From Dehalococcoidia bacterium (GTDB lineage Bacteria; Chloroflexota; Dehalococcoidia; Lucifugimonadales; Australimonadaceae), in assembly GCA_965249185.1 (NCBI GenBank), contig CBDFLS010000002.1, positions 2,004,368 to 2,068,367 on the forward strand: a stretch of 64,000 bases of DNA, written 5' to 3'. The translations under genes were made by a program, and so were the position numbers. The notes beneath the pieces were generated by a model that saw nothing but the letters and a program-made list of their open reading frames with translations, was not told the DNA's origin and did not search any database. Positions 28,757 through 37,871 of this stretch are shown here, piece by piece (within the stretch, counting starts at the first letter, position 1; each line of letters begins with the position of its first letter).

Positions 28757-28865
28757 CCCCCTTCCCTTCTATCCCTTCCCCCTTCCCATTCTTCCCCCTC
28801 CCACTCCCTCCCACCTTTCCCTTTCCTCCCTTTCCCCCTTTCTTCTCCCGCTCCCGCCTCCCCTT
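28757..28865. repeat. 109-nt polypyrimidine (plus strand) / polypurine G-run (minus strand) tract
   Basis: 103 of 109 bases are C or T; the only purines are at 28771, 28788, 28803, 28813, 28850 and 28856. The minus strand carries more than 12 runs of GGG or longer. Confidence 0.95.
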
Positions 28866-28929
28866 GAGCGTCGCGTGTCCCGGCGATTCCCTCGCTGCTC
28901 ACCGCGCCGCTCACCGCCGCAGGGGGCAC

Positions 28930-28971
28930 GCGCCCTGTACCCCTCGCCCCGTAGCCCTCGCCCTGTAGCCC
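28930..28971. repeat. Three tandem ~14-bp repeats (CGCCCYGTASCCC)
   Basis: CGCCCTGTACCCC / TCGCCCCGTAGCCC / TCGCCCTGTAGCCC, read directly from the sequence. Confidence 0.8.
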
Positions 28972-29502
28972 TTGCCGCCGTTGGGGATGGGGAGAGCCCG
29001 CCGAGGCCCCGGACCGCGCGCCAGATCCCGCTTAAACGCCATTTTTCATTTCGGATAGCTTGCCGTTTTTAGGGCTGAATTGCGCATAAAAACAAGTCTA
29101 TAGGCCCGTATTGCGGCCATAGCGCTAATTGGTGTCGAACTGGTTCCCTGCGCCGGGTGACATCCGCCCCCAGCGGGCGTGTGGAGAGCCGTGGACCGGC
29201 CTTTTCCCTCTTTCGTGCGTGCTCCGGCCGAGGCGCGCGGGCTCTGCCGAGGATCGCCGGCGGCCGTGAATCATGCGCGTTTTACCTCTTAATGGAGCGT
29301 TAGTGGAGGGCCGCATCAGCTGCCTCACGCCGCCACATGTGGGCCGGCCGCGCTATCCGTGGGGGCGCGCAGGTGTGGACCTTCGCGGAGCGATACCTCT
29401 GGGGCCACGTTTCCGTGCCACGGGCAGGCGACCCCGCCATCCAAAGCAGCAAATCTGCTAATCAATCTCCTATATTATTCGGTAATTAATTCAGTAGAGG
29501 TA

Positions 29503-29531
29503 TTGATATTTGCTTATTATTCTAGCAAAAT
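29503..29531 (+). promoter_or_regulatory. Candidate sigma70-like promoter (TTGATA, 17-bp spacer, CAAAAT)
   Basis: Lies in a ~100-bp AT-rich patch, 55 nt upstream of ATG 29586. The local sequence resembles the 9534-9562 promoter (TTGA.ATATT.GCT.ATTATTC). Confidence 0.35.
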
Positions 29532-29585
29532 GCTGAAAATCAGTTCTGCGGTGGGTGGTCCGCTAGTGAAGAGGGGAGATGGCAG

Positions 29586-30431
29586 ATGGCTAAGCTCGGT
29601 CCGTATTCTTACCCCGATATCCGGTTTGGCGACGCTGTTGAGATAGCTGGGCGGATCCTGACCAAGTTCAAGGGCACCGTGAGTGTCAAGGGATTGGCCT
29701 GGGAGATGGGCATGGCCGAGGGGAGCGGGACCCTGTTTGCGAAGGTGGCGGCCCTGCGTGACTTCGGCCTGGTGGAGGGCAGGGGGGAGCTGCGTGTAAC
29801 ACCCCTCGCCCAGCGGGTCCTCCATCCGGCTGATAGCGCCGAGGCGTTCCAGGCCCGGGCCGAGGCGTTCCAGCGGGTCGAGCTGCTGCGCCGCCTCTAC
29901 AATCGGTTCCAGGGGGAAGTGCCGGACGACCCTGGACTGCTGATCGGCCTGGAGGAGGTCACGAGGGCCCCGAGAGACGAGATCGTTCGACGGGCTTCGC
30001 TCATTCAGAAGCACCTGAACGATGCCTTCAGGGCCCTGAGGCGGTTGAACCGAAAAGATTTAGTGGAAGAAGACGTAAGCATAGAATATTCTGGTAAATA
30101 CCAGGGAAATCTTTTTGACGCGCCGCTGTCCGGCCCTGCCGGCCGCTTCCCTCCGTCCCAGGGCGCCGTTCCGGCGCAGAGGGGCGGCCTGGTGCTGTCG
30201 GCCGGCGGACTCCAGCTTTCGGCGCCGCTGACCAGCGAGTACATAGACGCCGCTATACGGCTGTTGACCACACTCAAGGCGCAGTTGCCCGCCGGTGGTG
30301 AAACCCAAGCGGATGCCACATCGGAGGCAGGGCAGGGTGATGACCTGTTTGAATCGGACGATTCGTCGGTGGAGGACTCCGCCAGTGGAGATCCACCCTA
30401 CACGAGCAGCTTTAAGAGACGGCGGTCGTAG
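29586..30431 (+). CDS. Hypothetical protein with a possible N-terminal winged-helix-like region and an acidic C-terminal tail
   Basis: 281-aa ORF with RBS GAGGGGAGA and coding-like composition. No family recognised. Followed by a strong hairpin. Confidence 0.55.
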   Translation: MAKLGPYSYPDIRFGDAVEIAGRILTKFKGTVSVKGLAWEMGMAEGSGTLFAKVAALRDFGLVEGRGELRVTPLAQRVLHPADSAEAFQARAEAFQRVELLRRLYNRFQGEVPDDPGLLIGLEEVTRAPRDEIVRRASLIQKHLNDAFRALRRLNRKDLVEEDVSIEYSGKYQGNLFDAPLSGPAGRFPPSQGAVPAQRGGLVLSAGGLQLSAPLTSEYIDAAIRLLTTLKAQLPAGGETQADATSEAGQGDDLFESDDSSVEDSASGDPPYTSSFKRRRS

Positions 30432-30493
30432 CGACGATTGACAAGGGGAGTAGTATTCGCTCCCAATCTCAACACACCATTCCCGTGGCGCGC

Positions 30494-30526
30494 GAAGAGG
30501 GGCAGACCTAACGTCTGCCCCTCTTC
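30494..30526. terminator. Hairpin between convergent genes (14-bp perfect stem, 5-nt loop)
   Basis: GAAGAGGGGCAGAC-ctaac-GTCTGCCCCTCTTC, with only a weak T/A tail. Confidence 0.6.
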
Positions 30527-30605
30527 AATTCAGCCGTTGTGATTGCACTCCGCAGCGGGACCACGCATACCCGGGGTCTCACTGACGACGGCACGAGAGG
30601 GCTAG

Positions 30606-31415
30606 CTACCGCCGCAAGCGGTCGTCGTCGTCCGGTAGCGGCGGCCACAGGGGTGGTTGGCGCCGATGGGGATAGCGTGCCGGCCAGAGCGGCTCCCGTC
30701 GCAGGAGGCGGTAGGCCGCGACCACGGCCAGCCCGGCCACGAGCCCGCCCAGGTGCGCGAAGTAGGCCACGCCTCCCGTGGCGGCTGCTCCCAGGGAGCC
30801 AAGGCTGCTGAAGGCCTGGAGGAACGCCCAGAAGCCCAGCAGGAAGACCGCGCGTACGCGGATGACGAAGATGAAGCCCATGAAGATAAGCGTGGTGATC
30901 CGGCTATGAGGATAAAGAAGCAGGTATGCGCCCAGCACTCCGGCGATGGCCCCACTGGCGCCGATCATCGGCACCTCGCTCTCCGTATTGATGAGCGTCT
31001 GGGCCCAGGCCGCCGCGAGACCGGCCGCCAAATAGAAGGCGAGGAATCGCAGGCGGCCGAACCGGTCCTCGATGTTGTCGCCGAAGACCCACAGGAAGAC
31101 CATGTTGCCCGCCAGGTGCAGAAAGCCCCCGTGAAGGAACATGGAGCTGAACATGGTGCCCCACGTGGGAATGGGCGAGGTCAAGTCCACCGGGATTCCA
31201 GCGTTCCCGGCTCCAGTAATCAGCAGCCGTTGGCCGAACTCCAGCCCCCCAGTCAGCTCGGCTGGGATGACGCCGAATCGGTACGTGAAGATGAACTCGT
31301 CGATGCTGCTCAGGGAGAGCTGATAGACGAAGACGACGACGTTCACCGCGATGAGGGCGAGGGTGACGTAGGGGAAGGACTGCCGGCGGAGGTCCGGATC
31401 GGACAGCGGGATCAT
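30606..31415 (-). CDS. Rhomboid-family intramembrane serine protease
   Basis: FLHGGFLHLAGNM, catalytic GASGAIAGVLGAY and a later AHLGG His; 6-7 TM. Start at ATG 31415 inside a longer shadow ORF. Confidence 0.9.
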   Translation of the reverse strand: MIPLSDPDLRRQSFPYVTLALIAVNVVVFVYQLSLSSIDEFIFTYRFGVIPAELTGGLEFGQRLLITGAGNAGIPVDLTSPIPTWGTMFSSMFLHGGFLHLAGNMVFLWVFGDNIEDRFGRLRFLAFYLAAGLAAAWAQTLINTESEVPMIGASGAIAGVLGAYLLLYPHSRITTLIFMGFIFVIRVRAVFLLGFWAFLQAFSSLGSLGAAATGGVAYFAHLGGLVAGLAVVAAYRLLRREPLWPARYPHRRQPPLWPPLPDDDDRLRR

Positions 31416-31495
31416 GGAAGCCTTCGGCCGAGGCGCCGTGAGCGCCGCGCGGGTGCTGGGGCTATTGTAGCCGACCGGCAAAGGCCGGGTCGGCG

Positions 31496-32272
31496 CTACG
31501 TGAGCGTCACCCCGCCATCCACGGGCAGCACCTGGCCGGTGATGAACCGGGCGTCGGGCGAGGCCAGGAAGACCACGGCGTTGGCGATGTCCTCGGCCTG
31601 GCCTATCGTCTTCAGCGCCTGGCGGCCTCTGAAGTAGGGCTTGGTCACCTCCTCGGTGCGCCGCCGGCCGATACCCGTGAGCGGCGTTTCGATCCACCCG
31701 GGGCGCACGCAGTTGACGCGGATGCCCAGGTGGCCCACCGCCACGGCCAGCGCGTGGGTGTACGCTTCGGCGGCGCCCTTGGAGGTGTGGTACGAGAGCG
31801 CCAGGCCCGCGATGGGGTGCTTGGGCAGGTTGCCCTGGACCGCCTTGATGGACGACATGTTGACGATGGCCCCGCCGCCCTGGGCCTCCATGTGCGGGAC
31901 CACCAGCTTGCACATGCGGAACATGCTGGTGATGGTGGTCTCCAGCATCTGCCGCCACGACTCGTCGGGCTCCGACCATCCGCCCATGGCCCCGATACCC
32001 GCGTTGTTGAAGACGATATCGACGCGCCCGTAGCGTTTCAGCGTGCCGCTGACGCACGCCTCGATCTGCGCCTCCTGGGTCACATCGGTCTGGATGAAGC
32101 TGGCCTCGCCGCCCGCCGCCTCGATCTCCCCGGCTATCCGGCCGCCCCGCTCCTGGTTCCGGGCGGCGATCACCACCCGGGCGCCCTCGTGGGCGAGCAG
32201 CTTGGCCGTGGCGGCGCCGATGCCCGAGCTGCCGCCCGTGACGATGGCCACGTCGCCGTCGAATAGTGGCAT
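31496..32272 (-). CDS. SDR family oxidoreductase (paralog B, about 65-70% identical to 6489-7271)
   Basis: TGGSSGIGAATA, NNAG, YHTSKGAAEAY. Colinear with paralog A over its full length. Confidence 0.9.
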   Translation of the reverse strand: MPLFDGDVAIVTGGSSGIGAATAKLLAHEGARVVIAARNQERGGRIAGEIEAAGGEASFIQTDVTQEAQIEACVSGTLKRYGRVDIVFNNAGIGAMGGWSEPDESWRQMLETTITSMFRMCKLVVPHMEAQGGGAIVNMSSIKAVQGNLPKHPIAGLALSYHTSKGAAEAYTHALAVAVGHLGIRVNCVRPGWIETPLTGIGRRRTEEVTKPYFRGRQALKTIGQAEDIANAVVFLASPDARFITGQVLPVDGGVTLT

Positions 32273-32345
32273 GGATTGCCTCCCGCGCCTGGCGCGGGGC
32301 GTAGGTTACCAGAAACGCGACGTGGGCTGGACGGGCCCTTCTCCC

Positions 32346-34322
32346 CTACAGCATCTCCACGAGCTTTTGGGCCACGGCCCTGGTCATGCCGGGCACGGCC
32401 GCCACATCCTCCAGCGACGCCTCGCGGATGCCCTGGACGGTGCCGAAGCGCCGCAGGAGCATTTGCTTGCGCTTGGGCCCGATGCCCGGTATGGAGTCGA
32501 GGACCGAGCGGGTGGAGGCCTTGCTGCGCCGCTGCCGGTGGTACGTGATGGCGAACCGGTGGGTCTCGTCGCGGACGCGCTGCACCAGGTAGAGGCCCTG
32601 GGAGCCCCGGGGCAGCAGCACCGGCTCCGGCACGTTGGGTAGAAAGACCTCCTCGCGCTGCTTGGCGATGCTGGCCAGCGGCACGTCGGTGAGCCCCAGC
32701 TCCAGGAAGACCTGGAGCGCCGCTGAGAGGTGCCCCTTGCCGCCGTCGATGAGCACTAGCCCCGGCACCAGGCCCCACGCCTCCTGCTTCTCCATCCGCT
32801 GGCTGGTGGCAGCCTCCTCCGGCGCCATGACGCCCGTGCGGGCGTAGCGGCGGCGGCGGTACTTAACGCGGCTGGTCCCAGTCATGGGCGCGTCGTGTCC
32901 ATTAGCGGCCGGGAGGCCCCCGTGCTCCTGACGCAGCTCGCCCAGGCGCTTGAAGCGACGGCGGAGCACCTCCTGCATCATGCTGTAGTCATCCACCCCC
33001 TCCACGGACCTGATCTGGAAGCGGCGGTAGTGGGCCGTCTTGGGGCGGCCCTCCTGGAAGACCACCATGCTCCCCACGGAGTTCGTGCCCTGGATGTTGG
33101 AGATGTCGTAGCACTCGATGCGGTTGGGCAGCTCCGGCAAGCTGAGCGCCTCCTGGAGCTCCGCCAGCGCCTGGAGCACCTTGTCCGACTCGAAGAGCCA
33201 CTTGACGCGGCGCTGGTTCAGCCCCTCCCGGGCGTTCTCCGCCACCATGGCCACCAGCTTCCGCTTGGCGCCCCGGCGGGGCGTCAGCAGCGATACCCGG
33301 CGGCCCCGCTTGGCGCTGAGCCACTGCTCCACCAGCGCGGTGTTCTCGATGGGGTGCTGGAGCAGCAGCACGGGCGGCACCGATGGCGCGGCGTCGTAGA
33401 ACTGCTGGATGAAACCCTCCAGCAGCCGCGGCGGCTCCTCGTCCTCGCCCCCCTCCATCAGGAAGTGGTCGCGTCCGATGAGCTTGCCCCGGCGGACGTT
33501 GAACAGCTCCACCCACACCTCGCCCTGGTCGTGGGCCAGGGCCAGCACGTCCAGGTCCTCGTGCCCGGGGGAGACTACCTTCTGGCTCTCGGAGACCGAC
33601 TCGATGGCGCGCACCTGGTCCCGCAGGGCGGCCGCCCGCTCGAACTTGAGCGCCTCGGAGGCCTCCGCCATGCGCCGGCGCAGCGTGTCCAGCACCTCAT
33701 TGGTGTCGCCCTCCAGGAACATGATCACCTGCCGGACCACCTCCTGGTACTCCTGGCGGTCCACGGCGCCGATGCATGGGCCCACGCACCGGTTGATGTA
33801 GTACTCCAAGCATGGCCGCTCGTCGGTGCCGGTGATGGTCTTGGTGCACGAGCGGTAGGGGAAGAGCTTCTTGAGCAGGTCCATGGTCTTGCGGACCGAG
33901 CTGGCGCTGGCGAAGGGCCCGAAGTAGCGCGCGCCGTCGCTCAGCACGCGGCGGGTGAAATAGAGCTGGGGGAAGTCCTCGTTCAGGTCGATCTTGATGT
34001 AGGGGTAGGTCTTGTCGTCCTTGAGGCGGGCGTTGTAGAAGGGCTTGTGGCGCTTGATGAGCAGGTTCTCTAGGATCAGCGCCTCGGAGGCCGTCTCGGT
34101 CACGATGTACTCGTAATCGGCGACCTTCATGACCATCCGCTGGATCTTGGGCTCCTTGCCCGCGGGGGTCTGGAAGTAGGAGCGGAGCCGGCTGCGGAGG
34201 CTAGCGGCCTTTCCCACGTAGAGCACCCGCCCTTCGGCGTCGCGCATGAAGTAGACGCCGGGCTGGTTGGGCGTGGCCTTCAGCCGGCTGGAGAAGTCCC
34301 TGGTTTTCGTGACTGTCGCCAT
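32346..34322 (-). CDS. uvrC: Excinuclease ABC subunit C
   Basis: GIY-YIG N-terminus (PGVYFMRDAEGRVLYVGKA), UVR domain, central endonuclease domain and C-terminal helix-hairpin-helix pair. ATG 34322 (a GTG at 34340 is also possible). Confidence 0.95.
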   Translation of the reverse strand: MATVTKTRDFSSRLKATPNQPGVYFMRDAEGRVLYVGKAASLRSRLRSYFQTPAGKEPKIQRMVMKVADYEYIVTETASEALILENLLIKRHKPFYNARLKDDKTYPYIKIDLNEDFPQLYFTRRVLSDGARYFGPFASASSVRKTMDLLKKLFPYRSCTKTITGTDERPCLEYYINRCVGPCIGAVDRQEYQEVVRQVIMFLEGDTNEVLDTLRRRMAEASEALKFERAAALRDQVRAIESVSESQKVVSPGHEDLDVLALAHDQGEVWVELFNVRRGKLIGRDHFLMEGGEDEEPPRLLEGFIQQFYDAAPSVPPVLLLQHPIENTALVEQWLSAKRGRRVSLLTPRRGAKRKLVAMVAENAREGLNQRRVKWLFESDKVLQALAELQEALSLPELPNRIECYDISNIQGTNSVGSMVVFQEGRPKTAHYRRFQIRSVEGVDDYSMMQEVLRRRFKRLGELRQEHGGLPAANGHDAPMTGTSRVKYRRRRYARTGVMAPEEAATSQRMEKQEAWGLVPGLVLIDGGKGHLSAALQVFLELGLTDVPLASIAKQREEVFLPNVPEPVLLPRGSQGLYLVQRVRDETHRFAITYHRQRRSKASTRSVLDSIPGIGPKRKQMLLRRFGTVQGIREASLEDVAAVPGMTRAVAQKLVEML

Positions 34323-34679
34323 ACGCGGATATTGTAGCACCAGCCGGGGCTCGGCCCCGGTTTGGTCCGACCGGACCCTGGACCCACCGCGGGTCCCGAA
34401 GGCGCGTGTAAGCGCACCTCGTTTGAGCCCTTACCGGGATGTCCCTGCCGGAGGACATTGCAAGCTCTTGTCGGGAGTTGGCGGGGGAAGATTCTTCGTC
34501 CCGATTGCATCGGGGCTCAGAATGACGTTGAAGTGCTCGGCATGGCGGCGGAGGCGGGGCGCACGGAGCGGCGCTGGCGCCACGTCACCCTGAGCGGAGC
34601 GAAGGGCCTAGGGCGGCGGCGGAGTCGGGATTGCGTAAGGGGGGTCATCCCTGCCCGGTAGCGGGGCGAAGGGCCTCGC

Positions 34680-35051
34680 CTACGCCCCCAGGTTCGTGGC
34701 GAGCTTCAGGCCCACGAGGACGCCCGCGACTGTCAGCATCACGATGCCGATGCGCAGCAGCTCGGTCCGCAGGTTTGCGCTGGTCTGGACCACCCCGGCC
34801 GCCCGTTCGCGGCGGAGAGCCCGTGCCGCCGGGGCCGCCACGCGAGCGCTGGTGGACGGTGCTGGAGCCGCTGCCGTTGCCGCTCCTGCAAGTTGCTGTG
34901 GCGCTTCTTCCGTGGAAGGGGCTTCAGCGGGCGTGGGGGGCGGCACGTACTGGGGCGCCTGGGCCACTGGGCCGCGTCGCGGCTTCTGCTTGGCGCGCTG
35001 GCGGAGCTGGGCCTGGCGCGCGGCTACGCGATGTGATTTTTTGTTGGGCAT
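34680..35051 (-). CDS. Hypothetical tail-anchored membrane protein (basic N-terminus, Ala/Pro-rich linker, C-terminal TM)
   Basis: MPNKKSHRVAARQAQLRQRAKQKPRRG...IGIVMLTVAGVLVGLKLA; 123 aa. No family recognised. Confidence 0.45.
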   Translation of the reverse strand: MPNKKSHRVAARQAQLRQRAKQKPRRGPVAQAPQYVPPPTPAEAPSTEEAPQQLAGAATAAAPAPSTSARVAAPAARALRRERAAGVVQTSANLRTELLRIGIVMLTVAGVLVGLKLATNLGA

Positions 35052-35092
35052 TACAGCACTCCTTGGAGCGAGAACGGATAGGTGGGGGCGTC

Positions 35093-35794
35093 CTAGCCCT
35101 CAAGACCGCCGGCTGCGCTGACGATGACCTCCGCTGCTTGGGGGACCTCCAGCCGGTCGGCGTTCAGTACCAGGTGGTAGTGCTGCGGGTCCTGCGGCTG
35201 CGCCTTGAAGAAGCGCTGAAAATAGCCGGTTCGGGCGCGGTCGTTATCGGCCACGTATCGCTCGGCCTCCTTCTGCTCCAGGCGCTCCCGCGTCATGATC
35301 CGCTGCGCCCGTTGCTCCAACGACGACGTCAGGCCAATGTGGAGCGCACCGGGCCACTCGCTGAGGATAATGTTGGCGCCTCGCCCAATGATGATGGAGT
35401 GGCCCTCCTCGGCCAGCTCCCGGATCACGGCGGTGGTCGCCTCCAGGAGATGCGCGTCGTCGATCTCCTCGGCGGTGGTGATGGGGCCATCGCTGATGTC
35501 ACGATACTCGCGGACCAGCAGCGCGTCGAGCCCGGGGCTGAAGTAGGGGTCGCTGCCGGTGCCCGCCATGGCCGAGCGCTCCAGCACGTTCCGGAAAAAA
35601 GAGGAGAGGCGGCTGGAGAGGGTCTGGGGCCTCTCCGTCTTGTCCGCCAGCGCCTCCACGGTAGCGCCTATCCTGCGGCCCGCTTCGGCCAGGATGAGCC
35701 GGTCCACGTAGTCGATGCCCATGCGGGTGGCCACCTCGGCCCCTATCTCCGGGGCCCCGGTGCCTACCATGCCGGTGAGGGTGATGAGTGGCAT
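35093..35794 (-). CDS. Cytidylate kinase-like family protein
   Basis: P-loop-like ITLTGMVGTGAPEIG and the overall pattern of the cytidylate kinase-like (AAA_18-type) family; 233 aa. Confidence 0.7.
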   Translation of the reverse strand: MPLITLTGMVGTGAPEIGAEVATRMGIDYVDRLILAEAGRRIGATVEALADKTERPQTLSSRLSSFFRNVLERSAMAGTGSDPYFSPGLDALLVREYRDISDGPITTAEEIDDAHLLEATTAVIRELAEEGHSIIIGRGANIILSEWPGALHIGLTSSLEQRAQRIMTRERLEQKEAERYVADNDRARTGYFQRFFKAQPQDPQHYHLVLNADRLEVPQAAEVIVSAAGGLEG

Positions 35795-35921
35795 TAGCTC
35801 ATTACCTCCCTTCGGGCCGACTCATCGGCTGCGTTCAGCAGCCGAGCATGCCCCTCGTCCTCGCCGAAAGGGGTCGAGATCATGCATCTGCCTGCGGCGA
35901 TGCGCATAGCTGGCTCTGTGG

Positions 35922-36851
35922 CTACGCCCGTGGATGGGCGCTCTCGTAGGCTCGTCGCACCTGCTCGTCGCTGAGGTGCGTGTAAAGCTGCGTCGTCGCA
36001 ATGTTAGCATGGCCCAGCAATTCCTGTACATGCCGGAGGGAGGCGCCGCCCTGGAGCAGGTGGGTGGCGAAGGTGTGGCGCAGCGTGTGGGGCGTGAGCC
36101 GGGTGTCGATGCCGGCCTGCAGGGCGTACCGCCGCAGGATGAGCCCGTACCCCTGCCGGGTGAGGGGCCGTCCCCGGCGGCTCAGGAACAGGGCGGTGGT
36201 CTGACGCAGGCGCCGGTCACGGGTGCTTGCCAGCAGCTTCGGCCTCGCCTCCGTCAGATAGCGCCGCAGCCGCTCGACGATTCCCGGATAGAGAGGCACC
36301 ATCCGCTCCTTGGAGCCCTTGCCCATGCACCGGACCCAGCCCGACTCAAGGTTGAGGCTCAATACCTCCAGGCCCAGCTCGCTCACCACCTCGGAGACGC
36401 GCAGGCCGGCGGCGTAGGTGATCTCGAGCATGGCGCGGTCGCGCAGGCCGTCGGGTGGGGGCGTGGCGTCGGTCGCCTGGAGCAGGGCCACTATCTCCTC
36501 TTCGGTGAGGACCGCGGGCAGGGCGCGGCCCGGCCTTCTCGCCTGCAGCGAATCGCCGGGGCTGCGCGGTATCACCGCCTCCTCGGCCAGAAACCGCAGC
36601 AGCGAGCGGACGGCCGCCATCTTGCGGGCCACCGTTGCCTCCGCATAACCTCGGGACTGGAGCGCCAGGCTGTACCGTTCCATCGACTTCTGGTCTACCG
36701 CGTCCCAATCCAGGTCGCCACCGCGATTGGCCCTGGGCTGGAGCAGCTCCACGAGCTGGCCCAGGTCGTTCCGGTAGGCGCTGATGGTGTGCGGCGACAT
36801 ACCGCGCTCGGCGCGGAGGTGGCTCAGGAACGCTTCGAGATGCTGGTCCAT
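35922..36851 (-). CDS. Tyrosine recombinase, XerC/XerD type
   Basis: N-terminal SAM-like domain (FLSHLRAERGMSPHTISAYRNDL) and catalytic R..HxxR..Y (HTLRHTFATHLL...LGHANIATTQLYTHL). Start at ATG 36851. Confidence 0.9.
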   Translation of the reverse strand: MDQHLEAFLSHLRAERGMSPHTISAYRNDLGQLVELLQPRANRGGDLDWDAVDQKSMERYSLALQSRGYAEATVARKMAAVRSLLRFLAEEAVIPRSPGDSLQARRPGRALPAVLTEEEIVALLQATDATPPPDGLRDRAMLEITYAAGLRVSEVVSELGLEVLSLNLESGWVRCMGKGSKERMVPLYPGIVERLRRYLTEARPKLLASTRDRRLRQTTALFLSRRGRPLTRQGYGLILRRYALQAGIDTRLTPHTLRHTFATHLLQGGASLRHVQELLGHANIATTQLYTHLSDEQVRRAYESAHPRA

Positions 36852-36994
36852 GACAATGGCCAAAGCCGCCCGCTTTGCGTACTCACGTCTCCTGTGTATT
36901 GTATCGTCGGCGGGAGGTCCGCCGGTACCCGAGGAGGGGCCATGGAAACGGAGTTTCGCGTCTCCGCTCGGCTGAGGCATCTGTCGTGATCAGG

Positions 36995-37780
36995 ATGGGT
37001 CTGGGCCCGACCTTGTTGGACGTGGGGCCTCTGGACGTGACCTGGTCCGGCCTGCTCGCCCTGGCTGGGGTGGCGGTGGGGGCGTTGCTGGCGGTCCGGT
37101 GGCTCCGAGGGGTGGGCGTCTCGCCCGGACAGGCCTATGGCGTCATCTTGTGGGTGCTCATCGGCGGGCTGGCGGGCGCGCGGCTCCTCCACGTGGCCGA
37201 CTACTGGAGCTACTACTGGGCACTGCCGTGGGAGGCGCTCTACATCTGGGCCGGGGGCCTCGCCCTGTGGGGCGCCATCTTGGGGGCCGCCGCCGGGGGG
37301 TTGCTCCACGCCCGGATGCGGGGTATGCCGGTCTGGCGCGTAGCCGACGTGGGCGCCCTGGCGGCGTTGCTCGGCCAGGCGGTTGGCAGGGTGGGCGACA
37401 TCGTGGGCGGCGAGATCATGGCGAAGGCCACGGCCTGGCCCTGGGGGCTGGAATACACCCATCCGGAGAGCTTGTCGTACAGCCCTGAGGCGTTGGCGGT
37501 GCATCCCGTGGCCGCGTATGAGCTGCTGTGGGACCTGGCCGCTTTCGGCCTGCTCTGGCGGCTTCGGCGGCGCCCGCTCCCCGAAGGCGGCGTGTTTCTG
37601 GGATACCTTGCGCTCTACGCAGCTGGCCGGTTGCTGATCGGCTTCGCACGGCTCGACAGGGTGTGGGGGCTGGGTCTCCAGGAGGCCCAGCTCGTGGCCC
37701 TGGTGGTCCTGCCGGCCGTGGGGCTGACCGCGTGGCGGCTTCGCTCGAGGCGGGCCCGTTCTCCTAAAGGGACCAATTGA
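36995..37780 (+). CDS. lgt: Prolipoprotein diacylglyceryl transferase
   Basis: YGVILWVLIGGLAGARL, GGLALWGAILG and GQAVGRVGD motifs typical of Lgt. ATG 36995. Confidence 0.85.
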   Translation: MGLGPTLLDVGPLDVTWSGLLALAGVAVGALLAVRWLRGVGVSPGQAYGVILWVLIGGLAGARLLHVADYWSYYWALPWEALYIWAGGLALWGAILGAAAGGLLHARMRGMPVWRVADVGALAALLGQAVGRVGDIVGGEIMAKATAWPWGLEYTHPESLSYSPEALAVHPVAAYELLWDLAAFGLLWRLRRRPLPEGGVFLGYLALYAAGRLLIGFARLDRVWGLGLQEAQLVALVVLPAVGLTAWRLRSRRARSPKGTN

Positions 37781-37871
37781 GCATGGCCGCGCGCCGGTGT
37801 AGCTTCCGGGCGGGGCCGTGCGCTATGCTTCTCGAATGGCCCGGTAGGACTGAGCGGAGAGGGGAGAGTCG

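Noticed and set aside
28666-28929. N-terminal extension of the mod regulator ORF (GEAGAGEERGKGRKGKGGREWEGEEWEGG...)
   Set aside because: It is the translation of the polypurine tract and the AT-rich palindrome. The HTH domain begins right after GTG 28665, as is usual for XRE-type regulators.
28976-29460. Moco riboswitch or other ncRNA in the ~500-bp gap beyond the mod regulator
   Set aside because: I could not recognise Moco-motif conserved elements by eye. The region is also upstream of the regulator rather than directly upstream of modA. Left unannotated; only a covariance-model scan could settle it.
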